Shown piece by piece: positions 11,531-21,342 of a stretch of 23,015 bases of DNA. Origin of the DNA: Octopus sinensis (lineage: Eukaryota); contig NW_021836692.1 in the NCBI RefSeq assembly GCF_006345805.1, positions 1 through 23,015 on the forward strand, written 5' to 3'. Position 1 is the first letter of the stretch; each line of letters starts with the position of its first letter. The notes under the pieces were generated by a model, which saw only the letters and a list, made by a program, of their open reading frames with translations, ran no database searches and was not told the DNA's origin. The translations under genes were made by a program, and so were the position numbers.

Positions 11531-11954
11531 TTTATCTTCTTTTAAAATTCACACTTAAAGAACATTGGTCACGACGTCTAGACTCGTCACTTTGTAACTG
11601 GCTGATTAATATTGATCGATTATTGACTTCAATTAGCTTACATCTTGCTTGATCTAGTTAATTTCTACTCACTCTGACGTCTGCCTGTTTTGATTACAAA
11701 CTAATACAACAACCTCAGATTAAATAACTTACCATACAGAACAATGAGTCATAAACTGTTGTTTGGTTTTTGTTTGTTTGTTTTACTTTTTGTTCTGTTT
11801 GCTTCGGTTTATAATTTAATTTTCCAAGAAAATAATACCTACCACCTGCTCTCCGATTTATTTCTCAAACCGTGTCACTGTTCTGTGCTCTTTCACCCAG
11901 TTCACCACGTACGCGTGAGTATGAGGGTACGTGTTTGTCTCTCCCAATGGTTGA

Positions 11955-11975
11955 ATGTATACGTGTGTGTGTCTT

Positions 11976-12007
<32 letters not shown>

Positions 12008-12472
12008 AGTGCGTGTGAGTCTATGCATGTGTGTACGTATGTGTGAGTCCATATGTGTGTGTGTGTGTGTGTGTGCATGTAACTGTATGCGTGTGTACGT
12101 GTGTATGAACATGTACGTGTGCGTGTGAGTCTATGCATGTGTGTACGTATGTGTGTGAGTCTATGTGTGTGTGTGTGTGTGTGCATGTAACTGTATGTGT
12201 GTGTACGTGTGTGTGAATGTGTGTGTGTGTGTGTGTATACATCTATGAACATGCATGTTTCTGCATATATTTATATGCCACTGCATGTGTGCTTGTGCCT
12301 GCTTGAACGTGTGTTTGAGTGATAAGTACTCAGACAGACAGGCAGAGAGGCACGAGACAGACAAGCAGACAGACAGACAGACAGACAGACAGATGGATGG
12401 ATGGATGGATGGATGGATGGATAGAAAGATAGATAGGTAGGTAGATAGATAGGTAGATAGATTGATAGATAG

Positions 12473-12503
<31 letters not shown>

Positions 12504-12665
12504 GATAGATAGATAGGCAGACAGAGAGACAGACAAACAGTTATATCAATAGATACATATAAAGATAGACAGATACACAGACGGGTAGATAGATAGACTG
12601 GTAGATCGATCGATAGATCAACAGATAGATAGACAGACAGAGGGAAGATAGACAGACACATAGAT
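11955..12665. repeat. (TG)n field with 110-bp tandem duplication, followed by (GACA)n/(GATG)n/(GATA)n
   Basis: GCGTGTGAGTCTATGCATGTGTGTACGTATG starts at 12011 and at 12121; tetranucleotide series 12330-12665. Confidence 0.93.
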
Positions 12666-12857
12666 AATAGAAATATTTGTCCATGTGTCTATGGAGGTGT
12701 TCGTACGTGTGTGAAGTACGAGACAAATACTTGATAAACTCGTAACTATAGACGTTAGCTAAACATTTACTCCTTGCGCTGTTTTCATTGAATTTAATGA
12801 AGCTCAATATATTTCGAATAATAAAATGTGTAATTTGAAAGGTCAGTGAATGCGTTT

Positions 12858-13011
12858 ATACATGCATACATACACACATACATACATACAACATACATAC
12901 ATACATACTATATACATACATACATACAGGCATACATATATACATACATACACACATACATGTATTCATGTATACATATATTCATACATACATATACGCA
13001 CCACACACACA

Positions 13012-13049
<38 letters not shown>

Positions 13050-13076
13050 ACACCACACACATAGATATATATATAT

Positions 13077-13108
<32 letters not shown>

Positions 13109-13110
13109 AT
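12858..13110. repeat. (TACA)n/(CA)n/(TA)n compound microsatellite
   Basis: Directly visible. Confidence 0.93.
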
Positions 13111-13277
13111 AAAAAGGGTAAATAATTTTTCCGGGGTTTTTAGATAACCAACAATATTTACCGGTAAATTTCGGTATGAAATAAGACTTTTAGCGTCAGG
13201 AACTTCTGTAGAGTTCAGTATATATAGTAAATATATTAAAAGGGCAGGCAACAGGTTGCTCCGCCGCATACCGAAGG

Positions 13278-13366
13278 CATACATACATACATACATACAT
13301 ACATACATACATACATACATACATACATACATACATACATACATACATACATACATACATACATAC
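13278..13366. repeat. (CATA)n microsatellite
   Basis: Directly visible; lies between the inverted segment and the first direct repeat. Confidence 0.97.
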
Positions 13367-13424
13367 ACACATGATGACGCCTGGTCAGAGGTGGAGGCTG
13401 GTGGCATTTGATAAATCCAACGAA

Positions 13425-13488
13425 TATGGTGTTTGACGAAAGAAATTAGGCAATTTCTAGCCTACGATCTAGAAACATGTTCACCATA
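13425..13488 (+). ncRNA. Minimal type-I hammerhead ribozyme motif, copy 1 (core variant UUGACGA)
   Basis: TATGGTG t TTGACGA [32 nt] GAAAC AT GT T CACCATA: perfect 7-bp stem I and palindromic stem III, but C3->U and one extra U. Confidence 0.55.
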
Positions 13489-13817
13489 ACGGTAAGAGAT
13501 TGTTTTCGTTTATTTGCTACTCCGATTTTGCGTAGTGAATCGCAGGGTTTTGTTTATATGGAACCTCCACTTGTAGAAAATGGAAATAAACAGTCTTTGA
13601 CTGCCATTTCTAATTCCTTCGGTATGCAGCGGAGCAACCTGTTGCCTGCCCTTTTACTCCATTGCGATCATCCCGGTGGCGCGCATAGCAGAATTTTGGA
13701 GGGAAAATTTACGGTCCCAGTCGTTTACTTAGTTTTAACATTTGCACACTTCCCCCCACTATCTGATGACGCCTGGTCAGAGATGGAGGCTGGTGGCATT
13801 TGATAAATCTATCGAAT

Positions 13818-13878
13818 ATGGTGCTGACGAAAGAAATTAGGCAATTTCTAGCCTACGATCTAGAAACATGTTCACTAT
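13818..13878 (+). ncRNA. Minimal type-I hammerhead ribozyme motif, copy 2 (intact core)
   Basis: ATGGTG CTGACGA (13824-13830) aagaaattaggcaatttctagcctacgatcta GAAAC AT GT T CACTAT: 6-bp stem I with one GU, stem II aga/tct + taggc/gccta, predicted cleavage after GUU at 13872. Confidence 0.68.
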
Positions 13879-13969
13879 TAACGGTAAGAGATTGTTTTCG
13901 TTTATTTACTACTCCGATTTTGCGTATGTGAATCGCAGGGGTTGTCGTATATGGAACGTCCACTTCTTA

Positions 13970-14142
13970 ATTATATAATATATATATTATATATATATAT
14001 AGATAGATAGATGGTATAGAAGATAGTGCATACATAGATAATACATAGATAATACATACATAAGTCATACATACGTATATTGATATACATGCATACATCA
14101 TATATAATATATATAATATATATTATAGATATATATATATAC

Positions 14143-14185
<43 letters not shown>

Positions 14186-14306
14186 CATATATATATATAT
14201 GTGTGTGTGTGTATATGTATGTATGTGTGCGTGTATGTATGTACGTGTGTGTATTTGTGTGTATGTGTATGTATGTATGTAGGCACGTTTGTACGTATGT
14301 ATGTAT
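13970..14306. repeat. (TA)n/(TATG)n low-complexity field
   Basis: Directly visible. Confidence 0.92.
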
Positions 14307-14317
14307 AATGTGGAAGC

Positions 14318-14520
14318 CATAAGATTGTGCTTTCAGTTCCTGGACCGGTGACGCGTTGTGCTCTTAAGCAAAACACTTCATTTCACGTTACTCCAGTGTA
14401 CTCAGCTGGTCAAAGTGAATAATCCTGTATCGGACCGGTGTCCGTATTGGTTGAGCGAGGGAGTATATACGTCATGGAATCCAGGATATCAGTCTTATGA
14501 GCCTATACGATTCGTGAAGT
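14318..14520 (+). mobile_element. Old, 5'-truncated tRNA/CORE-like SINE (family C)
   Basis: B-box-like TTTCAGTTCCTGGACCGG, then CORE-like TTGTGCTCTTAAGCAAAACACTTCATTTCAC...CTCAGCTG; head resembles 17720-17738. Confidence 0.6.
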
Positions 14521-14630
14521 ATCTTTATCCGTTATTGTATGTACGTATACGTATATGTACGTACGTATATGCTAACTTGAAGTATCGCTACTTTTATTAA
14601 ATATAGTTACTTCACTACTAAAGTTGAAAT

Positions 14631-14972
14631 CAGTGGTTCCCAAAGTGGGTGTTACTGCCCCCTTGAGGGCGATGAAAAGATCTAGGGGCGGTGGAAAGAT
14701 ATAGGGAGCGGTGGAAAGAGCTATGTGGCGGTGGAAAGGGCTACGGGGGCGTTGAAGAAAAGTGGGACGATAATGGGGTGGCCAAAAGAGAGCGTTGGAA
14801 GTAAACTCAACTAAGTAATTGGTTAATTAGTTTAAGTTTTATTTGTGAAATACAGTTATTGTGAATTCGCTGCAAAAATTGATCTATGTTTGTAGTGGTC
14901 AGGAGGCGGGAACGCTAGGAATGCGGCTCGGGTAGCAAGGGCAAGGAACCTGAAAATGTGTGGGAACTATTG
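14631..14972. mobile_element. hAT (Charlie-like) non-autonomous element / MITE
   Basis: TIRs CAGTGGTTCCCA ... TGGGAACTATTG; 8-bp flanks GTTGAAAT (14623-14630) and GTTTTAAT (14973-14980), 6/8 identical. Confidence 0.8.
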
Positions 14973-15155
14973 GTTTTAATTCTGGCATCCAGAAACTTGG
15001 GAGTCGCGTCGTTTCACGGACATTCGCGGTAATCGCAGAAACTACAAGAAAAATGAAAATCACCTTTTTACGCGACATCTGATGTCAGCCGCGCTTTAAC
15101 TATTGCCTATGCTACATAAGCATAAATATATACTAATCCACTCGCACACACCATA

Positions 15156-15194
<39 letters not shown>

Positions 15195-15308
15195 ACACAC
15201 ACACACACACGGCACACACATACGCACTCATGTGTCATAGTGTTTACATGTTGAGGTTTGTTGCTTTTTCTGTTCATTATTAGTGCAGTTATGAATATCA
15301 CTCTCTTT

Positions 15309-16048
15309 GACAAGATTAGGAATGAAGAAATCCTACGGCGTGCTAGTCAGGCTCCTATGATGGAAATCTTCGTTGATAAAAATTTACGTTAGTTGGGCCA
15401 CGTACACAAGATTGACAACTGCAAACTGTCCAGGTAACTCCTTTACTCCCAACTATGCAAAGGGAAAAGGAAATGTTCAATGCCAACTTGCTAAGGCAGT
15501 TACGAAAGACTAACAAGACCAAACGTCCAGAAAAACGGATGAACGGAATCTTGTTTCATTAGGACAATACTTCAGCATACAAGTCCTTGGTTTCAATAGG
15601 TGTTACGCGTGACTGGTTTCGTACTGGTTGATCCTCATCCCTATGTTAGAGATTTGGCTCCATTTGATTATCATCTATTTCCCAACATGAAAAATCATTC
15701 GGCTGGGCACCAGTATCGATGTGATGAAGAGGTCGTATCTGCTGTTGATGATTATTTTGACCAACAGGATAGCGTCTTCACCAGTGGGATCCAAGCATTG
15801 CAACTAATGATGGAAGTGTGGGGACAATAAAAGGAACCACGTTAAAAAATGAACTTCGTTTAATCACATTCCATGAGAGTGTCTTCCTCGTGGATTGTGA
15901 TTCAAACATATTGAAAAAAAGGAACATTAAGTGAGAAGGAATTGATCGTAATAAATGGCATATTCAATTAAAGAATCGAACAGAATGGAGAAAGCTTATC
16001 GAGTCATGCTACAACTATGAATAGAGTCACAACATTTGACAGCGGATG
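15309..16048 (+). mobile_element. RTE-clade LINE 3' remnant, copy 1 (interrupted by mariner fragment)
   Basis: DKIRNEEILRRA...LR*LGHVHKIDNCKLSR*LLYSQLCKGKR (15309-15473), resuming at ~15886 with ..EGIDRNKWHIQLKNRTEWRKLI; aligns with 16101-16365. Confidence 0.8.
15474..15885 (+). pseudogene. Mariner (DD34D-type) transposase C-terminal fragment
   Basis: ILFH*DNTSAY (HDNA motif) and HPYVRDLAPFDYHLFPNMK (YSPDLAPSDYHLF motif), then GIQAL; no TIRs seen. Confidence 0.87.
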
Positions 16049-16100
16049 TTAATATAATAATATATGTATATAAGTGTGTATGTTTATGTATGTGTGTGTA

Positions 16101-16365
16101 GAATTTATGTTGGCTGGGCCACATATACAGGATATATAACAACAGACTCCACAAACAAACTCCTTTACTTCCAACTATGCAAGGGGAAAAGAAACCATGA
16201 AAGGACCTAGATTGAGATTCAAAGATACTGCAGAAAGGAATATGAAGTGGGAAGGAATTGATCATAATAAACAGCAAACTCAGGCGAAAAACCGACCAGT
16301 AAGGAGAAAGCTTGACAAGTCACGCTGAAGTCAAGAAACAGTGATAGTCACAATACTGACTACAG
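16101..16365 (+). mobile_element. RTE-clade LINE 3' remnant, copy 2 (uninterrupted)
   Basis: WLGHIYRI..RL; LLYFQLCKGKRN; PRLRFKDTAERNMK; homologous to copy 1. Confidence 0.8.
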
Positions 16366-16664
16366 GAAAAGGAAAATATTAGTGTTGCTGTTCATGATAT
16401 GATATTTTCTCTGTTGAACATTGATTGCATCAGTTTTAAGTATTCCTGAATGGAATGACTGTGTCCAAGATAGAGTGGTAAATTCATCGTTCGACTTTTT
16501 TGTTCTTGGAGAACGTTGTAGTATTTTCTTAGGAGGTGTTTGGAAGAGCATATATGCTTGCGTAACCAATGGTTAACAAGCAACCAGCGTTGACAAACAG
16601 TTAACAGTGATATACTACTTAATACAACACCAACAGCAAGTAACAGTATAATTAGAAATTACAA

Positions 16665-16717
<53 letters not shown>

Positions 16718-16778
16718 TTACTACTATTACAGCTGCTGCTACTGCGATCACTGATAAACACTGATCCACCCATTTCAA

Positions 16779-16861
<83 letters not shown>

Positions 16862-16867
16862 GTAGTA
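16665..16867. repeat. (TAC)n and (GTA)n microsatellites in inverted orientation
   Basis: (TAC)n 16665-16730, ~50-nt spacer, (AGT)n 16780-16867. Confidence 0.96.
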
Positions 16868-17234
16868 ACAATGGTAGTAATAGTAGTTGTTGAAGGTCGA
16901 ACTAAGTAACTTAACAGAATTTTATTTTATATTGCTGGAAATATATTTTCTAAAAGACCCTAGTGAAAGCACGTGGAGACGCTGGAGACACGTGATTAAT
17001 ATTCTATAGAGCTGACAAGTTGCCGGGCGGAATGGTCTAGATTTCGCAGGTGGCGCCACTTGTCATCTCCGAAACCGTCCAAATCCTGTCAGACCATTGA
17101 TACGTCTGCTGTAATTCTATTACACGCTTTTCTTGAACGTGCTTCACTTGACAACTAACACATCCAAGATTAAAACATGCATTAGACTGGTAATTTCCGC
17201 ATGGGTTTTCTCCTTCTTTGCTTTTCACTCTTCT

Positions 17235-17526
17235 GTCTTCTTTCTTGTTGTTGCCGTTCGTTTCTTCTTCTTTCTTCTTCTTCTTCTTCTTCTTCTTCTT
17301 CTTCTCTCTTTTCTTCGTCTTTCTTCTTCTTCTTCTTCTTCTTCTTCTTCTTCTTCTTCTTCTTCTTCTTCTTCTTCTTCTCTTCTTCTTCTTCTTCTTT
17401 CTTCTTGCTTTTCTTCGTCTTTTCTTCTTTTTCTTCTTCTTTCTTCTTCTCTTCTTCTTGCTTATCTTCTTCTTTCTTTTGCTTTTTCTTATTATTCTTC
17501 TTCTTATTATATGATAATATATATTA

Positions 17527-17605
<79 letters not shown>
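17235..17605. repeat. Compound (CTT)n-(ATT)n-(AGT)n microsatellite
   Basis: Directly visible; source of the poly-L/S/F ORFs. Confidence 0.96.
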
Positions 17606-17606
<1 letters not shown>

Positions 17607-17665
17607 AGTTGTAGAAGCAGCAGCTGCTGAGTACTAGTAGTAATAGTAGAAGAAACAGCAGTAGT

Positions 17666-17749
17666 GGAGGCGCAATGGCCCAGTGGTTAGGGCAGTGGAC
17701 TCGCGGTCGTAAGAACGCCGTTTCGATTCCCAGACCGTGCATTGTGAGT
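17666..17749 (+). mobile_element. Isolated tRNA-derived SINE head
   Basis: A box TGGCCCAGTGG (17676-17686), B box GTTTCGATTCC (17720-17730); no matching acceptor stem, body absent. Confidence 0.7.
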
Positions 17750-18679
17750 AATTTTTGAAATATATCAAGTGAAGCAAACATAAGCAGTAAAAATACGAAT
17801 TACAAGTATTTCAAAATGTGGGACATATGTCACGAAACTAACAAAAAGGAAAAAAAATATACTGGTGCTCGTGTTACATAGGGACGAATAATTCTGTTAA
17901 CAACATTCATTGGTTGTCAGTGCAACATGTACATGTTGATGTGTGCGGGATAAACACAAAGTATGGCGTCAAAGATCTCTGGTGACCATTCTCTCCTCTC
18001 TGCCTATCTCAAAAGAAATTCCTTATTTATTAGCAATCCGTTGTCTCAAAGCAGACCACAAATTTGCTGGTCTGGCAAGCGGTCTGATTCAATGACTTGA
18101 AGCATACAATTGGCACGAATGGGTATGGTCATATGACCACATGTAGAAACTAGGTAAAATATGCCTATTGGCAGAGCTAAGTCTAGATAGTAAAAAAAAA
18201 ACAAACATAGCAGTCAATACACCTTCATTTGTGACATAGAAAAATCAAGTAACCTTCCTCCCTGCATCCACCAACCACGAAACACCAAATATTAAATATA
18301 GAAAGGATAAAGGAATACATATCCTCCTCCCTCTGGCTTACAAGAGATGATGCACAACAAACATCTGACAAACATCTACACGCAACGAGTTTCAAGGTAC
18401 TTCACGTTCCGGAGGGATCTTAACAACATTAGCAATTTTTGTACTCACATACAAACAAAATGGTTTAAGACATTCACTTGCCACAGGATTAGCTTTGTGT
18501 GAAAAACCAGAGGGGGCAACTTTTGAGCGCACAGTTCCTTCTTATATTTTTTGATAACCTTGCGATATAAGAGGGCGCGGGCAACTCCTTCTTATAATTT
18601 AAGATAACCTCGCATAAGGCTATCTTATACGGTGGATCAAAAAATCTGAGGTTTTTTTTATCGTGGTATTCAGCATATC

Positions 18680-18917
18680 TGTTTCTTTACTACCCACAAG
18701 GGGCTAAACACAGAGGGGACAAACAAGGACAGACAAACGGATTAAGTCGATTATATCGACCCCAGTGTGTAACTGGTACTTAATTTATCGACCCCGAAAG
18801 GATGAAAGGCAAAGTCGACCTCGGCAGAATTTGAACTCAGAGCGTAACAGCAACCGAAATACCGCTAGGCATTCCGGCCGGTACGCTAACGATTCCGCCA
18901 GCTCCTCGCCGCCGCCT
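18680..18917 (-). mobile_element. SINE family A, full length, with perfect 17-bp TSD
   Basis: GTGGTATTCAGCATATC at 18663-18679 and 18918-18934. Confidence 0.95.
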
Positions 18918-19099
18918 GTGGTATTCAGCATATCGACAACAATGATCTATCGCCACAGCTGCAATAAATATATGAACAGCAACAGCTGCAGTTCTCTGCA
19001 CACCAACATGTGACCACGTCCTTTGTTGAAATGATGCGCAATCAATTATCGTCATGATCTTTCTTGATAACAAATCAGTGAATGCCTCTTATAACCACA

Positions 19100-19590
19100 G
19101 AGGGTGAACCTTTGTGGTGCTCAGTATAATAGTCATTGACCGTAATGAAAGTTCTCCATTTTCGTAGCTTCGCGTATATGGAAGAAGCGGGAGCAGTTCT
19201 GGTCCTGGGTAATAATCGAATGAATACGATCGTGAATACAAACAGCTGAAATGTGGTTCTTCTGAATAGTCTTCGGAGATGTGTTACTCTACTGATAGGT
19301 GTTCCAGGTAGAGCATCTGCTGCTTCGAAAAGGGAGATCACGGCCTCGGTAATATGGTAAGAATGTCTCAGGAAAAAACCCATGGACAGGTTTTACGAGC
19401 AAAAAAACCCCAGAACAGAACAGAAGGAATCCCAGGAGAAGACAATGAGCAAGCTGTTTGGGTAACATCCATGGGTTCGGTTGGTCAGGTTCAGCTGGAG
19501 ACGGTTGTTTCTGACGGGACCTGATGGAAGACGGGCTAGCGGACTGTGCCCCCGTAACCCACCCAAGAATTAAGCGGGTTAAAAAGATGA
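19100..19590 (+). mobile_element. RTE-clade (Expander/Rex3-like) LINE 3' remnant
   Basis: From 19203 SWVIIE*IRS*IQTAEMWFF; later QVEHLLLRKGRSRPR*YG and VRMSQE, resembling recalled RTE motifs (..WV..ERIRSRIQAAEM; VEPLLL.IERSQLRW.GH..RM). The left boundary is approximate. Confidence 0.65.
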
Positions 19591-19651
19591 GTCGAGATTT
19601 ACATGCTCAAATAATCCACACAAATAAACACATATACCTGTATATATTGGT

Positions 19652-19815
19652 TTAAAATTTTGGCACAATGCCAGTAATTTGTTGGAGGGGAAAACTCCAT
19701 AATATCGAGTCCAGCGTTCAAATGATAGTTATTTGAATTAAGAAGGGTAAGGGGGCGTAACATGCTTTACAGAATTTTGCTCGGCATGCTAACCATACTA
19801 CCAGCTCATGGCCTC
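19652..19815 (-). mobile_element. Old SINE family A copy, internally deleted (tail variant 2)
   Basis: Head remnant ATTTTGCTCGGCATGCTAACCATACTACCAGCTC and tail GGCACAATGCCAGTAATTTGTTGGAGGGG; central core missing. Confidence 0.55.
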
Positions 19816-19834
19816 GACGGCTGTATTTATATTG

Positions 19835-20047
19835 ATTTTAAATTTTGATAGAAAGTCAGTATTTTCGAAGGAGGAGGTAAGTTCATTGCACAGATCCCAG
19901 TGCTCAACTGGTACATATTTTATCGACCCGAAAATGATGAAAGCCAAAGTCAACCACGGTGGAATTTGAACTCAGAACATGAAGACCGACGAAATGAAGC
20001 TAAGCATTTTGCCCAGCGTGCTAATGACTCTGCCAGATCACCGCCTT
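19835..20047 (-). mobile_element. Old SINE family A copy (tail variant 2)
   Basis: CCCAGTGCTCAACTGGTAC..TTTATCGACCCG..GGAATTTGAACTCAGAAC..CACCGCCTT. Confidence 0.85.
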
Positions 20048-20080
20048 TATATCTGTATATGTTGGCAGACAGATAGGTAT

Positions 20081-20081
<1 letters not shown>

Positions 20082-20137
<56 letters not shown>
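20082..20137. repeat. (CA)n microsatellite
   Basis: Directly visible. Confidence 0.97.
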
Positions 20138-20138
<1 letters not shown>

Positions 20139-20212
20139 CCATGTAAATGGATACATCATATATGTAAATATTTGTTTGTGTAAATGTGTGTATGGTATTA
20201 TGTGCGTGCGTG

Positions 20213-20445
20213 AAGGCGGCGAGCTGGCTGAAACGTTAGCACGCCGGGCGAAATGCGTAGCCGTATTTCATCTGCCGTTACGTTCTGAGTTCAAATTCCG
20301 TCGAAGTCGACTTTGTCTTTCATCCTTTCGAGGTCGATAAATTAAGGACCAGTTACGCACTGGGATCGATATAATCGACTTAATCCGTCTGTCTGTCCTT
20401 GTTTGTCATCTCTGTGTTTAGCCCCTTGTGGGTAGTAAAGAAACA
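20213..20445 (+). mobile_element. SINE family A, full length, with 19-bp TSD
   Basis: GGTATTATGTGCGT(G/C)CGTG at 20194-20212 and 20446-20464. Confidence 0.95.
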
Positions 20446-20770
20446 GGTATTATGTGCGTCCGTGTGTAGCGTCTCAGTGTGAAATTCATTCATGAATTTC
20501 TCGTCTAATCCAGAGAGTTCACGTATTCTGATTATGACGTCACAATGTCGGATACATTTTCTCCAAGACCTTCGTTTCAAATAATATTCAATCTCTTTCA
20601 ACCTTTCACGGTAATTAGAGGCTAGGGAATGTGTGCGCCGGGGGGCGCACCCGGACACCTGAAGACTAGAGTGAAGTCAGAGTCATCTTCACCTTGTTTT
20701 TGGTGTTTGTGGGGACATTTTGAGCGGACACTCACAAGTGTGCACTCTACACAGTTGGATCCTCATAGTT

Positions 20771-21088
20771 TTCAGAAAAAATGGACATGTTTTAAGGAAA
20801 TATTCCAGAAATACTTCTCAGATAGCGTACATTACGATTATATCGGAATTTAATGAGTAAAGAATAGAGGTCGCGCTTACATATACTGACACACATTGCA
20901 ATATATTTTCAAAATTTCGAGTTCCAATTTGTAGATATTTGTTATGTGTGTTAGTATATATGTGTGTAATTTCGTGATTCTTTTTTCTTTTGTTAAATTT
21001 TCATATTAAATTCCGATATAATCGTGACGTACACCATATGGGAGGTATTTGTTGAAAATTTTGTATAAATCAGACCCATTTTTCTGGA
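20771..21088. repeat. Old ~320-bp fold-back (palindromic MITE-like) element
   Basis: ACGATTATATCGGAATTTAAT (~20834-20854) inverted at ~21005-21025; ATATACTGACACACAT (20881-) inverted at ~20944-20959; outer arms more diverged. Confidence 0.75.
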
Positions 21089-21342
21089 GGTTAGCAGGAA
21101 ACAAAGTCGGGGACACAATTGTGTGGGTCTGCCGTTTTATGCACCTTTGAGCTCTTAAACACCTTCTGTAACACGCTGGTTGGTACCATAACATAGTTAC
21201 AAGGTGTCCGGTATTGTTCATCCAACCGTATGAACTCTTAGCCAGGCAATTTCAGGACAGGAAACCTGGAGATTCCAACCAGAAACGTCACTTCACTCTT
21301 GATATATTCACACAGAATATTTCATTGTAAACAATCGTGTAA

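Larger units (their letters stand above)
13237..13965 (+). mobile_element. Candidate retrozyme / PLE pseudo-LTR partial tandem (period ~392 nt) with 5' inverted segment
   Basis: Direct repeats 13372-13572 and 13764-13965; inverted repeat 13237-13277 vs 13616-13656; hammerhead motif in each direct repeat. Confidence 0.7.

Noticed and set aside
10948-11652. Longest ORF (234 aa), plus other HT/YI/CV/LS/poly-L ORFs (e.g. 1569-2099, 3316-3825, 12161-12661, 17133-17630)
   Set aside because: Translations of microsatellites and CT-rich tracts that lack stops by composition; no domain motifs.
13477-13803. 108-aa ORF within the tandem repeat
   Set aside because: No recognisable domain; the equivalent start in the second repeat is shifted by an indel (CACCATAAC vs CACTATTAAC).
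14663-14758. CRISPR-like array
   Set aside because: Contiguous degenerate units without unique spacers, inside a hAT element in eukaryotic DNA.
17666-17749. tRNA gene
   Set aside because: A and B boxes are present, but there is no acceptor stem or cloverleaf; better explained as a SINE head.
18536-18650. Short direct repeat TCCTTCTTATA..GATAACCT and TACGGTGGATCAAAAA as a Tc1/mariner end
   Set aside because: No partner TIR found in the window; too short to support.
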